The notes beneath the pieces are model-generated. The model had not been told where the DNA came from. It did not search any database and saw only the letters and a program-made list of their open reading frames with translations. DNA of 64,000 bases from Nemertoderma westbladi. Its lineage: Eukaryota; Animalia; Xenacoelomorpha. Every line of letters begins with the position of its first letter. Position 1 is the stretch's first letter. The position numbers and the translations under genes are program-made. Location of the stretch: NCBI GenBank assembly GCA_032718475.1, contig JAUCBJ010001208.1, forward strand, positions 5,028 to 69,027. The letters are read 5' to 3'. Positions 47,128 to 61,326 of this stretch are shown piece after piece.

Positions 47128-50100
47128 CAACACTGTCGTCTTTTGGTTCTTCATAAATTGGTATATTTGATATTTGTATAGGTTTTTTGAGGTTTGTTTT
47201 ATAGTGCCCCCAAGGAAGCGAATGATTTTTATTAACCCAATAAAGTTTATCGTCAAAGCTACTGAGTGCAAATTTATTTCTCTTTAAGGTATAAATACGA
47301 TGTAATTTAGATTGAAATCTGTGTATGTTTTTTTTTATTTCTTCATTTGAGTTATATGCTTTTAAATATTCTTCATATATTCGTTTCCACAACAGCTCTT
47401 GTAATACCTTTTGCTCTACGAATATTTTTGTTATTCCATTCCAAAATTGAATATAATTTTGGTCTTAAAAATACTGCTTGTTTAATTTCACGTGAGGCTA
47501 GCTCGTCTTTACAGTAATAGAGTTGGGATTTATTTTTATCACTGTAATGAGGGTGATCCTTAGGGTAATTGGAAGTATCTAAAATATTATTTTTAATTAA
47601 TGCTTTTAAAAAATTATTCTGTGATGTATTATAATAACAACCTATTAAAGAGTCAGTGTCTGATGCAGCAATTTCAATACGACAGTTTAATTCTTTCTCA
47701 ATAGGTAGCAATTTATTGTAAAACAGCTCATACATATCCAATTTAGCCAAGTCCAACACAGCGCTACCAATAAATATAGGCTTATCGAGAGTTACAGAGT
47801 CTTTCACTAATAAATGTCCCGATAATGTATTATTGTATATTATAAATTGTTCATGATTAATACGATTTACCAATTGATCGCATTTATCGTTGCTATTTGC
47901 GATACGAAAGTCACATCGATCTCTTATCTTTTCTATTGATTTGCCAAACAGTGAATTATTGAGCAATTTCGCGACAGCAGTTTCAATGTAACTTTTTGCT
48001 AGGCGCCTTTGATTAATATTAAAATCTATGTAGGGTTTAAATACAAATTCTTGTTGAAAAGAATATAATTTATGTAGTTTAGTAACAATTAATCCATGTT
48101 TTATATAAAATTTTAACAGTTTCAAATGTAAATGATAAAACTCTTTATCAAATTGCGTCAGCAAGAGTTTTGGTGTAGACATCCTATATTTACGGGAGGT
48201 ACCTCTTTGTATCGATAAATTATTAAATTGTTCCCTCATATAAGGTGAAAGCATTGATTCATTTATACTTAAATGCTCTGGGGCTAACGGTAATTGTAAT
48301 GTTTGATCGTGAATAGCTTTAGGATAATTTAAATCACATATTAAAAAATATCCAGTAGATCCATCAATGTCTAAATCTACCAAGTACTCGATTAGTTTTT
48401 CTGGAATTGCATTCTCTAAATGTTTAATACTTACTTCTTTGAATTGCGAGGTGGGTAGTTTTTTACTTAAATTCCCTGAATATAAAGAGTTGAAATCAAT
48501 ATTAAATATATGGCATTCTTCCTTAGTAGAATCATATGTACTTGTTCCTGGTATATTTGATTCTATATAATGCTTTCGACAAAATGAAACACCACCCCTA
48601 ATTGATTTTTCAAAATCTCTATATGTCTGATAATCCTTTATTAATTCTATTTTACATTTATTATATTTTAGTGCGCAATCATAGGTAAATGACGCGATAC
48701 TACAGTAAAAAACCACTTCTAAATCGTAATTTTGTTTACAAACATTCCTAAAATTCTCAAATATATCAGCAAGCAAACAAACATCGAGTTTTAAATAGGC
48801 TAAAAGATAATCTTTGAGATTCACACAGTCGAATTCAACCCATGATAATTCCGCAAACCTATAATCTTCAATTGTACATGTTTTTTGACTTAAGTTACTA
48901 AAAAAATTATTTATAAATGGTAAACTAGTATCATTAAATTTATTAATATCTGTCAAGTACTCGTATGGAAATACTCCTTTCCGTTTAATTGTTGAGTTAT
49001 TCAAGTTTGGATAAAAATATTTCATTTCTTGTAGAGTAATAGGTAAAATTGAGCTTATATCATGACTCGCTACATCCTTTGTTGAACACTCAACTAAATT
49101 ACTTAAAGAAAAGCTTAAAAATTGATATGTGTCCAAGAAACGTAACTCAATTTTTTTAGAAGTGTTTTTAATTGGGATAAATGCATTCAGTGAAATATAT
49201 CGTTCTGTATTTCTCGGTATAACCTTTATATCCCAATCTGTGTATTTCTTATCTCTAAATCCGGTTTGTAATATACAATGTATATCGTAGTTGTTGGAAT
49301 TGTGCCCGCAAAGTATATACAGGTATCGTTTCAATGATAAACTTCGGTTACAACTATTATAGGCTGCCGCAATATATTTACCTATAATATGTGAATGATG
49401 TCTGTTTTTCCCAACATTATTATTTAAAGTAACATTACAATAGAAACAGAATTTTGCTTGTTCAAAATTTACAAAATCAATATTAGTAAATGACATGGTT
49501 TTATGAGTATATATGTCTGACCAACAACATAATTCAGTTAAATCAGTATATAATGAATCTAAGAAATCTTGAATACAATTATTATTATTATTTGTCTTTA
49601 CAAATGTTTTCAAATGACATTTTGGTGGGTCAATTAATTCAGTATTGGGAACAATTAAATAACTCACAACACACGGTATATGCTCCTGTATAAATTGATT
49701 ATTAACTGAAGGTTGTAAGATACATTCTATATCAAAGTAGGTGACAAACAATGGGGATAAGGTTCTATCTAAATTTGTAAAACTAATGTGTGTTCTTTTT
49801 TTATTAGGTAGTTTCTCGCGTTGACTTCTTCCTTGGTAGCATACAAGACGGTGTCGATGAAGAACTTCCGCTCGAAAAAAATGAGCCAAGCACCTTTCAC
49901 AAAATTGCCTACCTCGAGTATGAAGAGCTCTCGTATTCAGCAATCGATTCAAGTTAGTTATGCAAACATAATGATTCAGTTTAGGTACATTGTTATTTTT
50001 TACTACAAGTAATATATTTAATAACTGTTTATCAGGTGTAATTTTACTAAACGGAGGTTGTCTTAATATAGATAGATACAGGAGTGTGTTTGTTGTCGTT

Positions 50101-51162
50101 ATTCCAACATAGTAAATTAATTATATATTTTGAATTTTGTTTTTCAAAAAGTTTAATCGCTAACTGCCACTCTGTTGGATAATCTTTGTTCCCATTGTCA
50201 AAAATGAAATGACTCATATAATTTTTGTACAATGAAGTATGGTTTTTGTTGTTTTTCACTTTGCTACCAAATTTTGCGGATATAATAGCCCATTTGAAAC
50301 AATCATTATCAGCTGTTTGTATATTTATTGTACATTTTTTAGCTGATAAAGCCTTAGGTAATTCCATATATCCATGCCCCTTATATAGTAACGACCTACA
50401 CTTAGATTCAGCTAATTTAATTTCAACCCTTAATAAAGATTTAATACGCCACCCCGAACCACGTGTGTTAAAGATGGCTATTTTTTGTAATATATTTCCC
50501 AGCACATACTCAAACCATGTGTCAAAACTTTGCGGTGAATCTACAGTATTAATAGCACCACCGGAAGAATTAAAATAAAAGGTTTCCAATTGCTTGCCTT
50601 CTGAAAAATGTGATCTGTACATTAATACATTTAAACCTAACCACAGTCTAAGAACATTCATTTCTTTCAATCTATCTAATATTAACTGAAGAATATTACC
50701 TCGAATTTGTGCTAATGCTGTTTCTACATCGGGATAATCTCTAGAAGTTGGGAGGTCGTGGACATAAATTTCAAGACGATTATCGTGAGCTTCTTGTTCC
50801 CGCGTAAAAATTGTTGCGCATGTACCAAGAGCCACCCTTAAGTTTTTTCTGGATATTATATTTTTATGTTGCGGAAATTTACGCTTTCTTGTGTAGTAAC
50901 ATTTCAAGTGACAGTCGTGTCATATATAATTCTCATATGTATACTCTTTATTACAGGTAGAACAAGTCAATTGATAGGTGCGGAACTCCATTTCTTTACA
51001 ACCAGTAGTTGATTCATGTCGTTTACAAATTTCGCTGCATGAAGTCACGACATGACACTTAAAACAAGAATAACCTTCAAAATGTGACTGTAGGTGGCGT
51101 AAGTAATTATGTCTAGTTACATTCATATGACAGAATGAACAACATATTGTTATTTTATCCAT
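47102..51162 (-). pseudogene. polB: Protein-primed family B DNA polymerase polyprotein (C2H2 fingers, TP/OTU-like region, EndoVII-like insert, exonuclease, polymerase), broken by one stop and frameshifts
   Basis: FDIEC, HNSNNYDIH, RKGVFPYEY, YLKLDV, IRGG, DFNSLYS, KLLNNSLFGK, SDTDSL, KGI, ALSSFDDK; ORFs 50920-51162 and 50047-50907 share a frame across a TGA. Confidence 0.93.
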
Positions 51163-51354
51163 ATTGAAGTTTGTTTAGATAAATAATAATAATAATAATA
51201 ATAATAAAGTATGTCCAAAGATTAAAATAAAATGAAATGATACGATATTGACTATATCTAAACATTTATATGATAGCGAGGGAAATAATTTTAAACCAAT
51301 CACCAATCGCTTATGACTATTGGAAACCGCAAAGAGTTTAACTTATGATTAGGT

Positions 51355-52416
51355 TTACATATTAGGATAATAATAAGGTTTCCATGGAGAATTAGTAACA
51401 GGCTCTACTAGAACTGGGTTACTGACAACTTTATGTTTCTTTGCAGGTGATGCGTTGGTAAATTTACTCGATGATCTTGGCTTCCGAGGTAATATTTCAG
51501 GAAAGACCTGTTGCGGTTGAGAGCAACTCTCTTCAACATCCGGATTAGGTGATGGGATCTCTACGAATGCTTTAGGTTTATCCAAAAGGACAAAACCGTC
51601 AACATGGGCTTCAGTAAGAGAAACGCCATCCATCGATTCTTTGAGAAAACTAATATGGGCTTTATCATTCAAGTAATGCAACTCAATAGAATTTCCGCCG
51701 GCACCTACTTCAGTAGAATTATCGGTGTTGGTGATAATAATTTTTTTATTATTGGTTTTAATCATTTTGAGCCGGTCTGATAATTGAATGATATTTTTAT
51801 CAAAAAGATGCTTGTCTGTTTCATCGACTTGGTTGTCCCACTCTCGCAACAAAACGGTTAGTTCCTGTTTTGACAAATTGAAACCCGTATAATAGTTAAA
51901 ACCAACACTATCAGCGTATCTGAGGCTGATTTTCCATAAGCCAACATAGTTGGTTCCTTTAAAAGCTGTTACAAATCCAATAAACTCTGGATTTGATAAT
52001 TCAATGTAGAATTGATCGCTAATAATCTCTAGCGGTGGAGAGATTAATTGCAATAATTTCCCTCTGTATTGAATTAGAACTTCAGTAAAAGCTTTGTGAA
52101 CTTTGCATTTGCCTTGTTTCTGAACGTAAACATCACCCGATGTGGGGTTGATGGAAATATTCAAATTTCCCCGCGCAAAACGAAGAGTTGGATATATCCT
52201 ACCTGGTATAATTGCTGGTCTGGATTGATGTTGGTTGTTGTTGGTTGTTTCTAGAATGTCTAACAAATAGCGGGTATCTTGATGGGAAAAACAAATTGAT
52301 TCGTTGTCCTCCTGAGATTCCACAATAAAATACTTGCTGTGTACGACGGTACAAGTATATTTATTGTAAGTAAATTTCCAGCTATTTGTTGCTCCGGTTT
52401 TTTGCGTTAAGGCCAT
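51355..52416 (-). CDS. PC4-like ssDNA-binding / coactivator-fold protein
   Basis: FIGFVTAFKGTNYVGLWK...YTGFNLSKQELTVL resembles PC4 (V..FKGKV.IDIR...KGISL..EQW); NLS-like PAKKHK in the tail. Confidence 0.5.
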   Translation of the reverse strand: MALTQKTGATNSWKFTYNKYTCTVVHSKYFIVESQEDNESICFSHQDTRYLLDILETTNNNQHQSRPAIIPGRIYPTLRFARGNLNISINPTSGDVYVQKQGKCKVHKAFTEVLIQYRGKLLQLISPPLEIISDQFYIELSNPEFIGFVTAFKGTNYVGLWKISLRYADSVGFNYYTGFNLSKQELTVLLREWDNQVDETDKHLFDKNIIQLSDRLKMIKTNNKKIIITNTDNSTEVGAGGNSIELHYLNDKAHISFLKESMDGVSLTEAHVDGFVLLDKPKAFVEIPSPNPDVEESCSQPQQVFPEILPRKPRSSSKFTNASPAKKHKVVSNPVLVEPVTNSPWKPYYYPNM

Positions 52417-52479
52417 AATAATAATAAATACGAAAAATATTACAAGTGATAAATTTTAAACCGTATCGCTGTAATAAAT

Positions 52480-52884
52480 TGACACCATAGTTCTCACTCT
52501 AAAATTGTGTTGGTCGGAAGACGAGACCAAAGAAAAATGATGCTGAGTTCGACATTAGGTATCGACCAAAAAACAAAAATTGAGCTACTAATAAACTATT
52601 TAACAAAAATCTTGATCTTAATTTGCGATTTGAAATATCCCAAAGATATTCATGATCGTACATTAGAACTACCCTTAGCCCCGTCAGTATCAAGATTTGT
52701 TAAATAGTTTAAATAGTAGCTCAGATTTTCGTTTTTAGGTCGATACCCAATGCTGGAATCAGTATCATTTTATGAGGTGTCGTTTTCCGACCAACGAATA
52801 TACAACGAATAAGATAATGTAGAAATTATTAAGGAAATAACACAATTTCAGAGTGAGAACAAAAAAAATTAGATATGGTATCAA
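52480..52884. repeat. Long imperfect inverted repeat with a polB-derived loop
   Basis: GTTCTCACTCT.AAATTGTGTT / AACACAATTTCAGAGTGAGAAC; GTTGGTCGGAA / TTCCGACCAAC; GAGCTACTA..AAACTATTTAACAAA..TCTTGAT / ATCAAGATTTGTTAAATAGTTT..TAGTAGCTC. Confidence 0.85.
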
Positions 52885-54285
52885 TATATTACCATGAAGA
52901 TTACAAGTGATGAATTTTAAATAAAAACATTCAGTTATATAAGTTTCTGAATACGTGATGTGGCATAGTCAACGTAGAAGAGATGGGATGTGGCATAATG
53001 GACGAATAAGAAAAGAGATGGGTTGCAATGTGGATAGGAAATACGTGAAAGAATATGAATCATAGGGTTGTGTGTAATAATAATCAATAATTATAATAAA
53101 AACGCACAGTATAATGTTAGTAGTAGTAGTAGCCTTTCAATATGGCAAAGATGCTGCGGGATCGGTTAGCTTGAGTAACTACTATGGAAATGCTCGTATA
53201 CGTGTAGTTGACACGAGGCGGAATTTCATGCACATGTATCATACTGAGTGGTTGGTTTGTTGGTTTGGCGACGGCTGTCGTGGAGTTGGCAATCGATATA
53301 ATATAATATATGCGCGATGCGAGTAGTTGGTGGCCACGTCGTCGTTGTCACCATCATATACAGTATACAGCGGTGGTGGTGGTGGTGATGGTGACGTGGT
53401 GAAAAGGTGAATAACATTAGGGTTAGTAGTTAGTTAGTCAGTCAGTAAGGCGGGCATCCGCGAGGTTAGGCTACGCTACGCTACGATTGGTTGATGGCAA
53501 CTGCCGATCGATGGATGGTGGTGACAGATGTGGCGCGCACCGCAATTTAGCACCGGAATTTGGCATTTTTTAATAGCCCTCCGAATGGAATGTGCATAGC
53601 CCAGGCTTAGGGAGGACTTTGTTGGGGGCCATGCTTTATCTACTACTAATGGGAAACTACTTTGGAGGAATATGAAATATCAAGGTGGTCAACAAAGTAA
53701 AATTGTTTATTGTCCATCAAATGAAACATTTGCCACTTTAGGTTGGCCTTTTACAGTTATCTATATAATGGATTTTATAACTGGAGAAATCATTAATAAA
53801 ATTATGAATGAGATGACCACATATGACATTACTACAGTACTATTGCTTGCTTTTCAAATAATCACCATCATAATTGGTAAGTTGCATAATAATAATTTGA
53901 AAATCGTTAGGACTGTACTTATTGCTGTAAAGAAAATCGTCTGTTTGTTTGATTGTCTGTGTGTATGTGAACGTTATTATTGGAATGGAAGGGATCATGC
54001 TCTACTTGGTGAAGGGTCAAGTATACTATAACTATATACTACAAGTGATACTATAACTCTGTCAAACTGTCCTTCTTATGTGCTGAAAGTCTTCTAATAG
54101 CCAGCTTGCTGACACTGATGACATCTAGTTCTATAAATAGTCACATATTGTAATGCCTCAAAACACATTGGCTGAGGCATTACATGAGGTCTCCTCCCTA
54201 CTTATTGCTAGTAGGGTGGAGCCCTACTATTTAATTTTAGAAATTCAAATATAACAAGTCAGGAAAAATATCCTCTCCTAATTAA

Positions 54286-55892
54286 CCCTATTAGTACCGG
54301 GCTATAAAATGTAATATAATAATTTATTATTGTTATTTAATAAAATGTTGTACAAATACCGGGGGGGGGGGGGTCATATTGACTATGACATATTGATTGT
54401 TTGTACGTAGGTATCACTAGTCTGGATCCGACTGAAAAAAAAATTTTGAGAAAATGTACTGGGGTGGTTGGTTATATTGCAGCACCAAAATTACAAGTAG
54501 TGCACAATTTTCACAAAATGTGAAAGTTACCTTTTTCGGCTAATTGTTTTTCAATACAGCATTTCTGGGGCGCAAAATACATTGGAAAATACTTAAAAAT
54601 GATATGATTACTATAAATGGCTGTTTAGTCCTCTCTGCGTAGGAAAAAAATGAAAAAAAACTAGTAAACAGCACTTTTCAGTTAAAACACAAAATTTTTA
54701 ATTCATTTATACGATGCTATAAATTCACATTTTCAGATTTTCTAGGGCGCTGATTCTAATGGAAAACATTTCTAATATGCCAGATCATTGCTACTTGTAT
54801 TTTTAGGCGTAATTTGGCAAATTTTGGTGCTAGCACCAAATTTCGAACCCATCACCAAAAAGTACAAGTTTGCGAAGTCCAGTGCTGTTTTTATTGATTC
54901 CATTGGATTCAGTACCCTCATAAACCCGCATAACGCAAGAAACAAGATGATACTATCTACTGATCAATTTGCTTATTTTTCAAAATTTGGTGGTGACACA
55001 ACAATTTTCACCCACCGGCGAAAAATACCAGTTTGAAAACTCTTATGGAATTTTTACTGATTCCATTGAATTTAGAACCCTGACGAACCCGTATAACGCA
55101 AGAAACAAGGTGACACAATCAATTGATATATTTGATGGTTTTCTAAATTTGTGCTAGCACCACATTTTGCACCCACTTCCGAAAAATACAAGTTTGAGAT
55201 GTCTATTTCGATAATTATATATTCCATTGAATTCAGAACAGCCATAAACCTCTAAAACGCAAGAAATAAATTGTCACAAGCAATTTTATCTATTGAATGA
55301 ATTTTCAAAATTTCGTGCTAGCACTAAAATTTCCACACAGCACCGAAAAATACAAGTTTGATACGCTTGGTGCAACTCGTATATATTTCATCGAAACCAG
55401 AACCCCAAAAAACCCCAATTGCGTAAATAACAAGTTTCAAACAATCAATTTACAAAATTGACATATTTCAAAATTTGGTGCTGGCACCACAATTTGGCAC
55501 CCGCCGAAAAAAACAAGTTTGAAATTTCTAAATCAATTTATATGAATTCCATCCAATTGCTAACACCAAAAAACCGGTGTAAATCAAAAATAGAGATGTT
55601 ACAATTCATATATAATGAAATTTTCAAAATTTTCAATGAATTTTTTTTTTTCAATGAATGAAATTTTCAAAAAACGTCTCAAAAAAAGTGCCAAAAGTAG
55701 GGTTAAAAAATGGTGCTATAACTCGATTACTACCCAATATTTTTGAATACGGTTTTTATTACTAGGAAGACAATGGTTTTTTAGGAAAAGTCCTAAAGTT
55801 TCAGATTCCCAACTGCGTTTGTTTCAGAATTATAATAAAAAAACCACGGGGGGGGGGGGTCATATTGACACCCCCCCCCCCCCCCCCCCAGG
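54286..55892 (+). mobile_element. Non-autonomous piggyBac-like element, copy 2
   Basis: TTAA at 54282-54285 and 55893-55896; collinear with 24782-26359. Confidence 0.8.
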
Positions 55893-58014
55893 TTAAGCAT
55901 GTATATATTTTAAATATGTACATATTTAAATTATGTATGTATTTTAATTATTTATAAATTTTTATATATATATACATATTTTATTATTTATCTTTTAATG
56001 CTTCACTTTGTGAATTAAAGAATCAAAGATCATATTGTTTTTATTATTACTAAAATAGTCGATTTTGGAAATATTTTATGAATGGGAGAATCTTTTAGTC
56101 TCGTTAAGCCACTAGACCAAGCTGCTGCTTATTTTATAATTTTTTAAATAAATTTTTTAATATTTTATAAATTATTGTTGCTAATTAGATGTTATGTAAT
56201 GCTTAGATCCAACTCTTAGAATATGTTATTTTACACATCGTTCATCTTTTTAATTAGTATTATTAGACATTTGGTTGTTATATAAATGCGATATTTTCTA
56301 ATTTATATGGGACTATAATATAATGAATTGTTATTGTTTGCACATTACATGAGAGTTCTATATCACGAGCGACCGAATGATAAAACGAAATTTATCATTT
56401 TTATAGATACAAAGTGTGTAAAAGAAAAAAACGTCTAACTAAGGGAAAACAATTATTGCCACCATTTGTCTGCACACCTGAGAGTCACTTCCCCCGAATT
56501 CGCAATAGAACCAGCAATAAATTTCCAAAATTACTGCGGCCTAATTTGAATGCACAGCACAGGTCTGTTGTGTCATTCTCTATAACAACTAACTACAGTA
56601 CTGTAGTAAGTATCATCTACTTCTATTTCATATCCAATTTAGCTAGCATACAATACAGTAGTAGTCAGCAATATGAATTGTTATGTCCACTCTCGCACAA
56701 CGTCGTGTATTGAACGCAAGTAGATCTCACAGAGACCCCCCGCAGGGTGTAATTAATACGAAGCGAATTAATGTAATGGAAAGATGCCCTTCGTGACCTT
56801 TCGTAACCTCACGTAAATAGCGTGAAAAATAATTGTTTAATAAGGAATAACATTTTCAATGCAGTGAAGCAAGAAATTAAGATCAATAATGGAACGTACA
56901 ATGAGATAATGGTAAACCATCATATCTTCCTATACATATCAAACAAAATATGCACCAATTCCACAAACACAATAAGTACTGTATACTACTACAAAGACCG
57001 ACTGTAATACCAAAATATACATAATAAATATTTATTAAATGGTAAATAAATTAGAATTATTGTAATAATGCTTGATTCTAAAAATATTCCAAAGTATTAT
57101 TAGATTGGTAAACAGGATTTTACATATTCAAGTGTTAATAATGAAAATTAAAAAATAAATATATAATTAATTCAATAATTATATTAATTACAATAATAAT
57201 AATTAAATAATTAATTCCTAAATTGTAATATTACTCAACGCCGTTAGAATTACAGTATTAACAGCGAGTTGTTATTTAGCACTTTACAACTTTTGAGGAC
57301 ATTAATGCATTGTATTTACCTGTACATTTAGTATTGTATTGGTGTTGTAATGTCCCTTGTTTATGTGGTAACCAATGACGGCGAGCTGTAAAGTTACGGC
57401 GTCATTGGTTACCACGTAAACAATAGGTGGCATTCATAATTAATGATGTAATATTATGGTTTTAGTGTGTTATGAGTATATTTTATTATGATTATATGTT
57501 AGTATATTATGGTATTATGGTTTCTTAGCAAGAATCTCATCCGTATTTGGATTCTTTGTGAACACCATCTGTCTATCCACGTACAGAAGAACGTTTAATT
57601 CACCAGCAATGCGAGTCACAATAGACCTATGCCCCCCACTCCGTGGCGACGCTTTAATTGCGTTAATGAATCTGACATAATAATTATTATACAGTACAGT
57701 TTATTTTAAGTTAAATTGGCCATTTAATTAGGTCCCGGCACCAAAATGTAAGGGAAATACCCAAACATGAAACAGTACGACACTGTCAAATATAATAATA
57801 CGTAAAAGGTCTCATAAACTAATAACAATAATAAATAATATATATAATATATAAATATAATAAATATATATATATATATATAGAGAGAATATCGTTTATT
57901 TGAAAAAGATAGAGAGAGCTATCGAAAGCTAATAATAAAAAATAAATTTTTAGTGATAGATCAAATAAGTTGTCACCTTTTGAATTGTTAAAATATTATT
58001 ATATTTATATATAT

Positions 58015-58054
58015 AATGCAGCTGCAATGCAGCATGTCGATTGTAGTAGTAGTA
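58015..58054 (+). repeat. Extreme 3' tail of the RTE family
   Basis: AATGCAGCTGCAATGCAGCATGTCGAT plus (TAG)n, as at 20047 and 28269. Confidence 0.7.
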
Positions 58055-58261
58055 CAGTACTAACAATTTATATAATGGTTTCGTCAAAAAGGCAGAGCTA
58101 AATGCTACTAAATATACATTGATGAATTATTTCACTATAAGATAGCATTTGTAGTTTAACTTTAACGTAAAAACTTTCGAAAATCCGACGTATTTTGATT
58201 GAGCTACAGTAATGTAATATGCCTATTCATATTTGTACACATAAAACCTTTAGGTACTCTC

Positions 58262-58344
58262 GTGGCGTAGTGGTCAGATGGTTAAGGCGTTGGTTACATT
58301 ACATAGGTTACGAGTTCGAATCCCAGTCGGGAAATCTGTATTTT
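58262..58344 (+). ncRNA. tRNA-derived Pol III A-box/B-box module in U3 of LTR C
   Basis: TGGTCAGATGGTTAAGGCGTTGG (A-box), GAGTTCGAATCCC (B-box), TTTT at 58341. Confidence 0.65.
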
Positions 58345-61326
58345 GGGGCCATTTATTTTCGTGTGGTGCTAATTGGTAGGCCAATGAGAAGCGTACAGCG
58401 TAGCGAATGATGAGCCAGGCCAATCATAGGGCATAAATTATCTTATTGCTCAAATGTGAGGCAGTGGAAAATTCTGTTAGGATTCCATGTCCCAGATTAG
58501 TGTAAGGGCCGGACTGCGTTGAACGATGAGCTGGGCCAATCATAGGGCACGAAGCACTTTAATGCTCAAATGTGAAGCTGTGGAAAATTCTGTTTAGTTT
58601 CCATGTGCAATTTCTAGTATAAAAAGGCCGGTTTGCCTTCGGTTATCACCCTTATACTATGTATAACACCACCTTACTCTTGCAAATTCCTAAATTGTTA
58701 TTAGTTTATTTCGGTTTCTTGTTGAAACTTTATTTGATAAATCCCTTTGTAAAACTGTAAATATACTGCAAATTCCTGACATGTTTTCTTTTGGTCCAAC
58801 TTTGGGACAGCCAAACATCAGGGAGATGGCAGCCTAGACCGTTAGGCCGTAAGCAACGCAGGGAAGAGATGTCCACAACACGCTAGCGCCCACATTGGAT
58901 TGACCGCGCACCCCCTTTGCCCTTCGAAATACTCCACTTGCTATGCAGCGCCCGCTTTGTGAGAAGGTAAGACTTTGTTCGACGCCCTTGCCCGCCGTAA
59001 GACCTATAGATCAGGGTAAGCGTGACACCGTACTGGACGCCGCAAATTTAGGATCAAATAATTATATCCAGACACCCCCCCCCCCCTTTGTCAGTCCTAC
59101 GAATCCCTGGGTTAACCTGTACTTCCTACAGGTGCGAACTATTGCCATTCGTCAGTACGCGAGTACATATTAGGTACGGACAACATATGTTCCATAATTT
59201 AGTGATTCATAGCACTGACTGTTTGGTACCGGTTCGCTTTGTAGAACGTACATTAGTACCCCCCCCCCCCCCCCCCCTGTCTGGAGTTAGCTATTTGATC
59301 AGGCAAGGAGTATTTCTGCTACCGGCACACTGCTTGGCCTAGGGAGGTTTATTAATATCCTACCGCGCCTTGCCACGTACTGATAGGTATTGCTGCTAAC
59401 TACCGCAGCAACAAAGTTCTAGAATTAAATTAGTATACCAGATCAGCTAACGTACGGTAGCGATTAACCCCTATTCTTATCTTACAACCAGAATCTGGTA
59501 TTAGTGCCGATCACGGGTGTAGTTACTAACACTGTGGTTGCCCATTGGGTTGTGGATAGGAAGGAGAGAGCTTTGACGTCATTCGTGAGTATAAAGTTCT
59601 ACAAACGCGACTAGTTTATTTTAGTAGCTAGCGCACGGTATCATTTAGTCAGAAAATCACTAAAACCTAGTAAAAGGAATTACACGAAATTGTTTTATTT
59701 GTAACACACCCACACACACACGCCCTAAAACATATTGCCCTTAAAGTTCTACTAGCTATAGCGCACTATACATTACTTTAGGTGGAAATTATCTGTATTT
59801 GTAAAATTAGGATCTGATTTAGTTGCGGCGATAAGGAGTATTTCACTTTCGTTATTAAACTGTTGATTTCTATCCAGCAGTTATTGTTACATTTAGGCCT
59901 GACCCTTTAGACTGATTTCGTACAGGGGGATCAGTTATTGTTACATTTAGGCACGACCTTTTAGGCTGATTTCGACAGGGATGATCAGCATTGTTACACT
60001 AGGTCTGTTAACCACCTAGCTCGTATATAAACCATATAAATCACACCGCGGCAAGTTACTGTATTTAGGACTGTCAGTGATAGTTAGGATTCGCTGCGCG
60101 GGGATTGTTTTCCCGTGAGTTTGGTCTGTTACTGTAACTGTACATCTGCCTCACCGGTTAGAGGACAGGTATCCTTCTGTCTAGTACGTAGGCATTCGAC
60201 CCGCTCACGTACATAGAATAGATACAAGGCTCTGTTCCTCGCCAGTAGTCGTTTGTGTACTGTATCTGTTTGTTTAGATATCCTGGACTGGGATTTGTTG
60301 TCAGATACTGTACAAGCCCGTATACATTACTAGAGTCTCATAGTAAGATACATCATTACTAGGATCTGGTAAGCGGTATACTACTGGACCCTTACAGTAG
60401 GAAGTATTTATATAAATTAGTATATAGTATTTCCGCCGTAGCGTATAGTATAGTTTAGAATTGTTAGCTATTGAAAGTAGGAGATATTTAAATCTAAGGT
60501 TAGTAAATTTAGTAATTTAGAACGTCCCCTGCTTCAGTAGGCTTTTAGGGTAGCTAGTACTTTCGTATTTAATATTTGACTAGCTAACAGTTAGTTTGTA
60601 GCACTTTGTTTTACGCCGTGTGTGTGCGGTGTTACTTTTCGGTACTTGAAAAGGTACATAGGGTTTAAAGACCAATTTGTATCGGTACCTAGGAAGATTT
60701 TTTGTAAGCGTAGAAGTAAAACTCTCACCTTCGACCTTTTCAGGACTCAAGGACTCATTTCTGGACCGCTTCGAGGATTAGACCGCTTTTCGCAAAGTTT
60801 GGGAGACAATAAATTCGTCCGCGCCGCCGAAAAACGGAAAGACCCACGTCCGGTTTGTATTTGGGAATTTGTACGACTGGAAGATCAAAGGAACGTAAGT
60901 TTTACGACTCGCGTCGTTCAAACTTAAGAAAGCACAGTAGTACTCAAAATTTGTGGGTTTCACTGTCTATTAGTAGTGTTGTTGGTACTTATTTTCCCGT
61001 TAGACGTTGCTGTTTGGCCTATTGTTTATACTTGTTGATCTATATTTTGTTAACGTATACCGTTATCTCACTTATTCGTACAAATTTAGCCGGTAGGCTA
61101 GATTACTACTTATTTTATTATATACCTTGTTAGTTTATTTGTACCGGTTAGGGTATATATATGATATATATATATATCAAGGTAAGTTTGACATTTGTAC
61201 ATTTCGACATTTTGACATTTCGACATTCTGACTTGTTGATTTATTTGTACCGGTTAGGTAAGTTTGACACTTCAACATTCAGACACTTGACATTTTATTA
61301 TCCGTACTTGACGTATATAATAAGAC

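Larger units (their letters stand above)
37875..53650. mobile_element. Polinton/Maverick (adintovirus-like) element, degenerate; boundaries approximate, TIRs not identified
   Basis: Integrase, capsid and protease block on + strand converging on a pPolB block on - strand; no packaging ATPase recognised. Confidence 0.88.

Noticed and set aside
53118-53650. (TAG)n/(TAC)n tracts as Polinton termini
   Set aside because: No matching inverted repeat on the left side, and the local RTE family has the same microsatellite tails.
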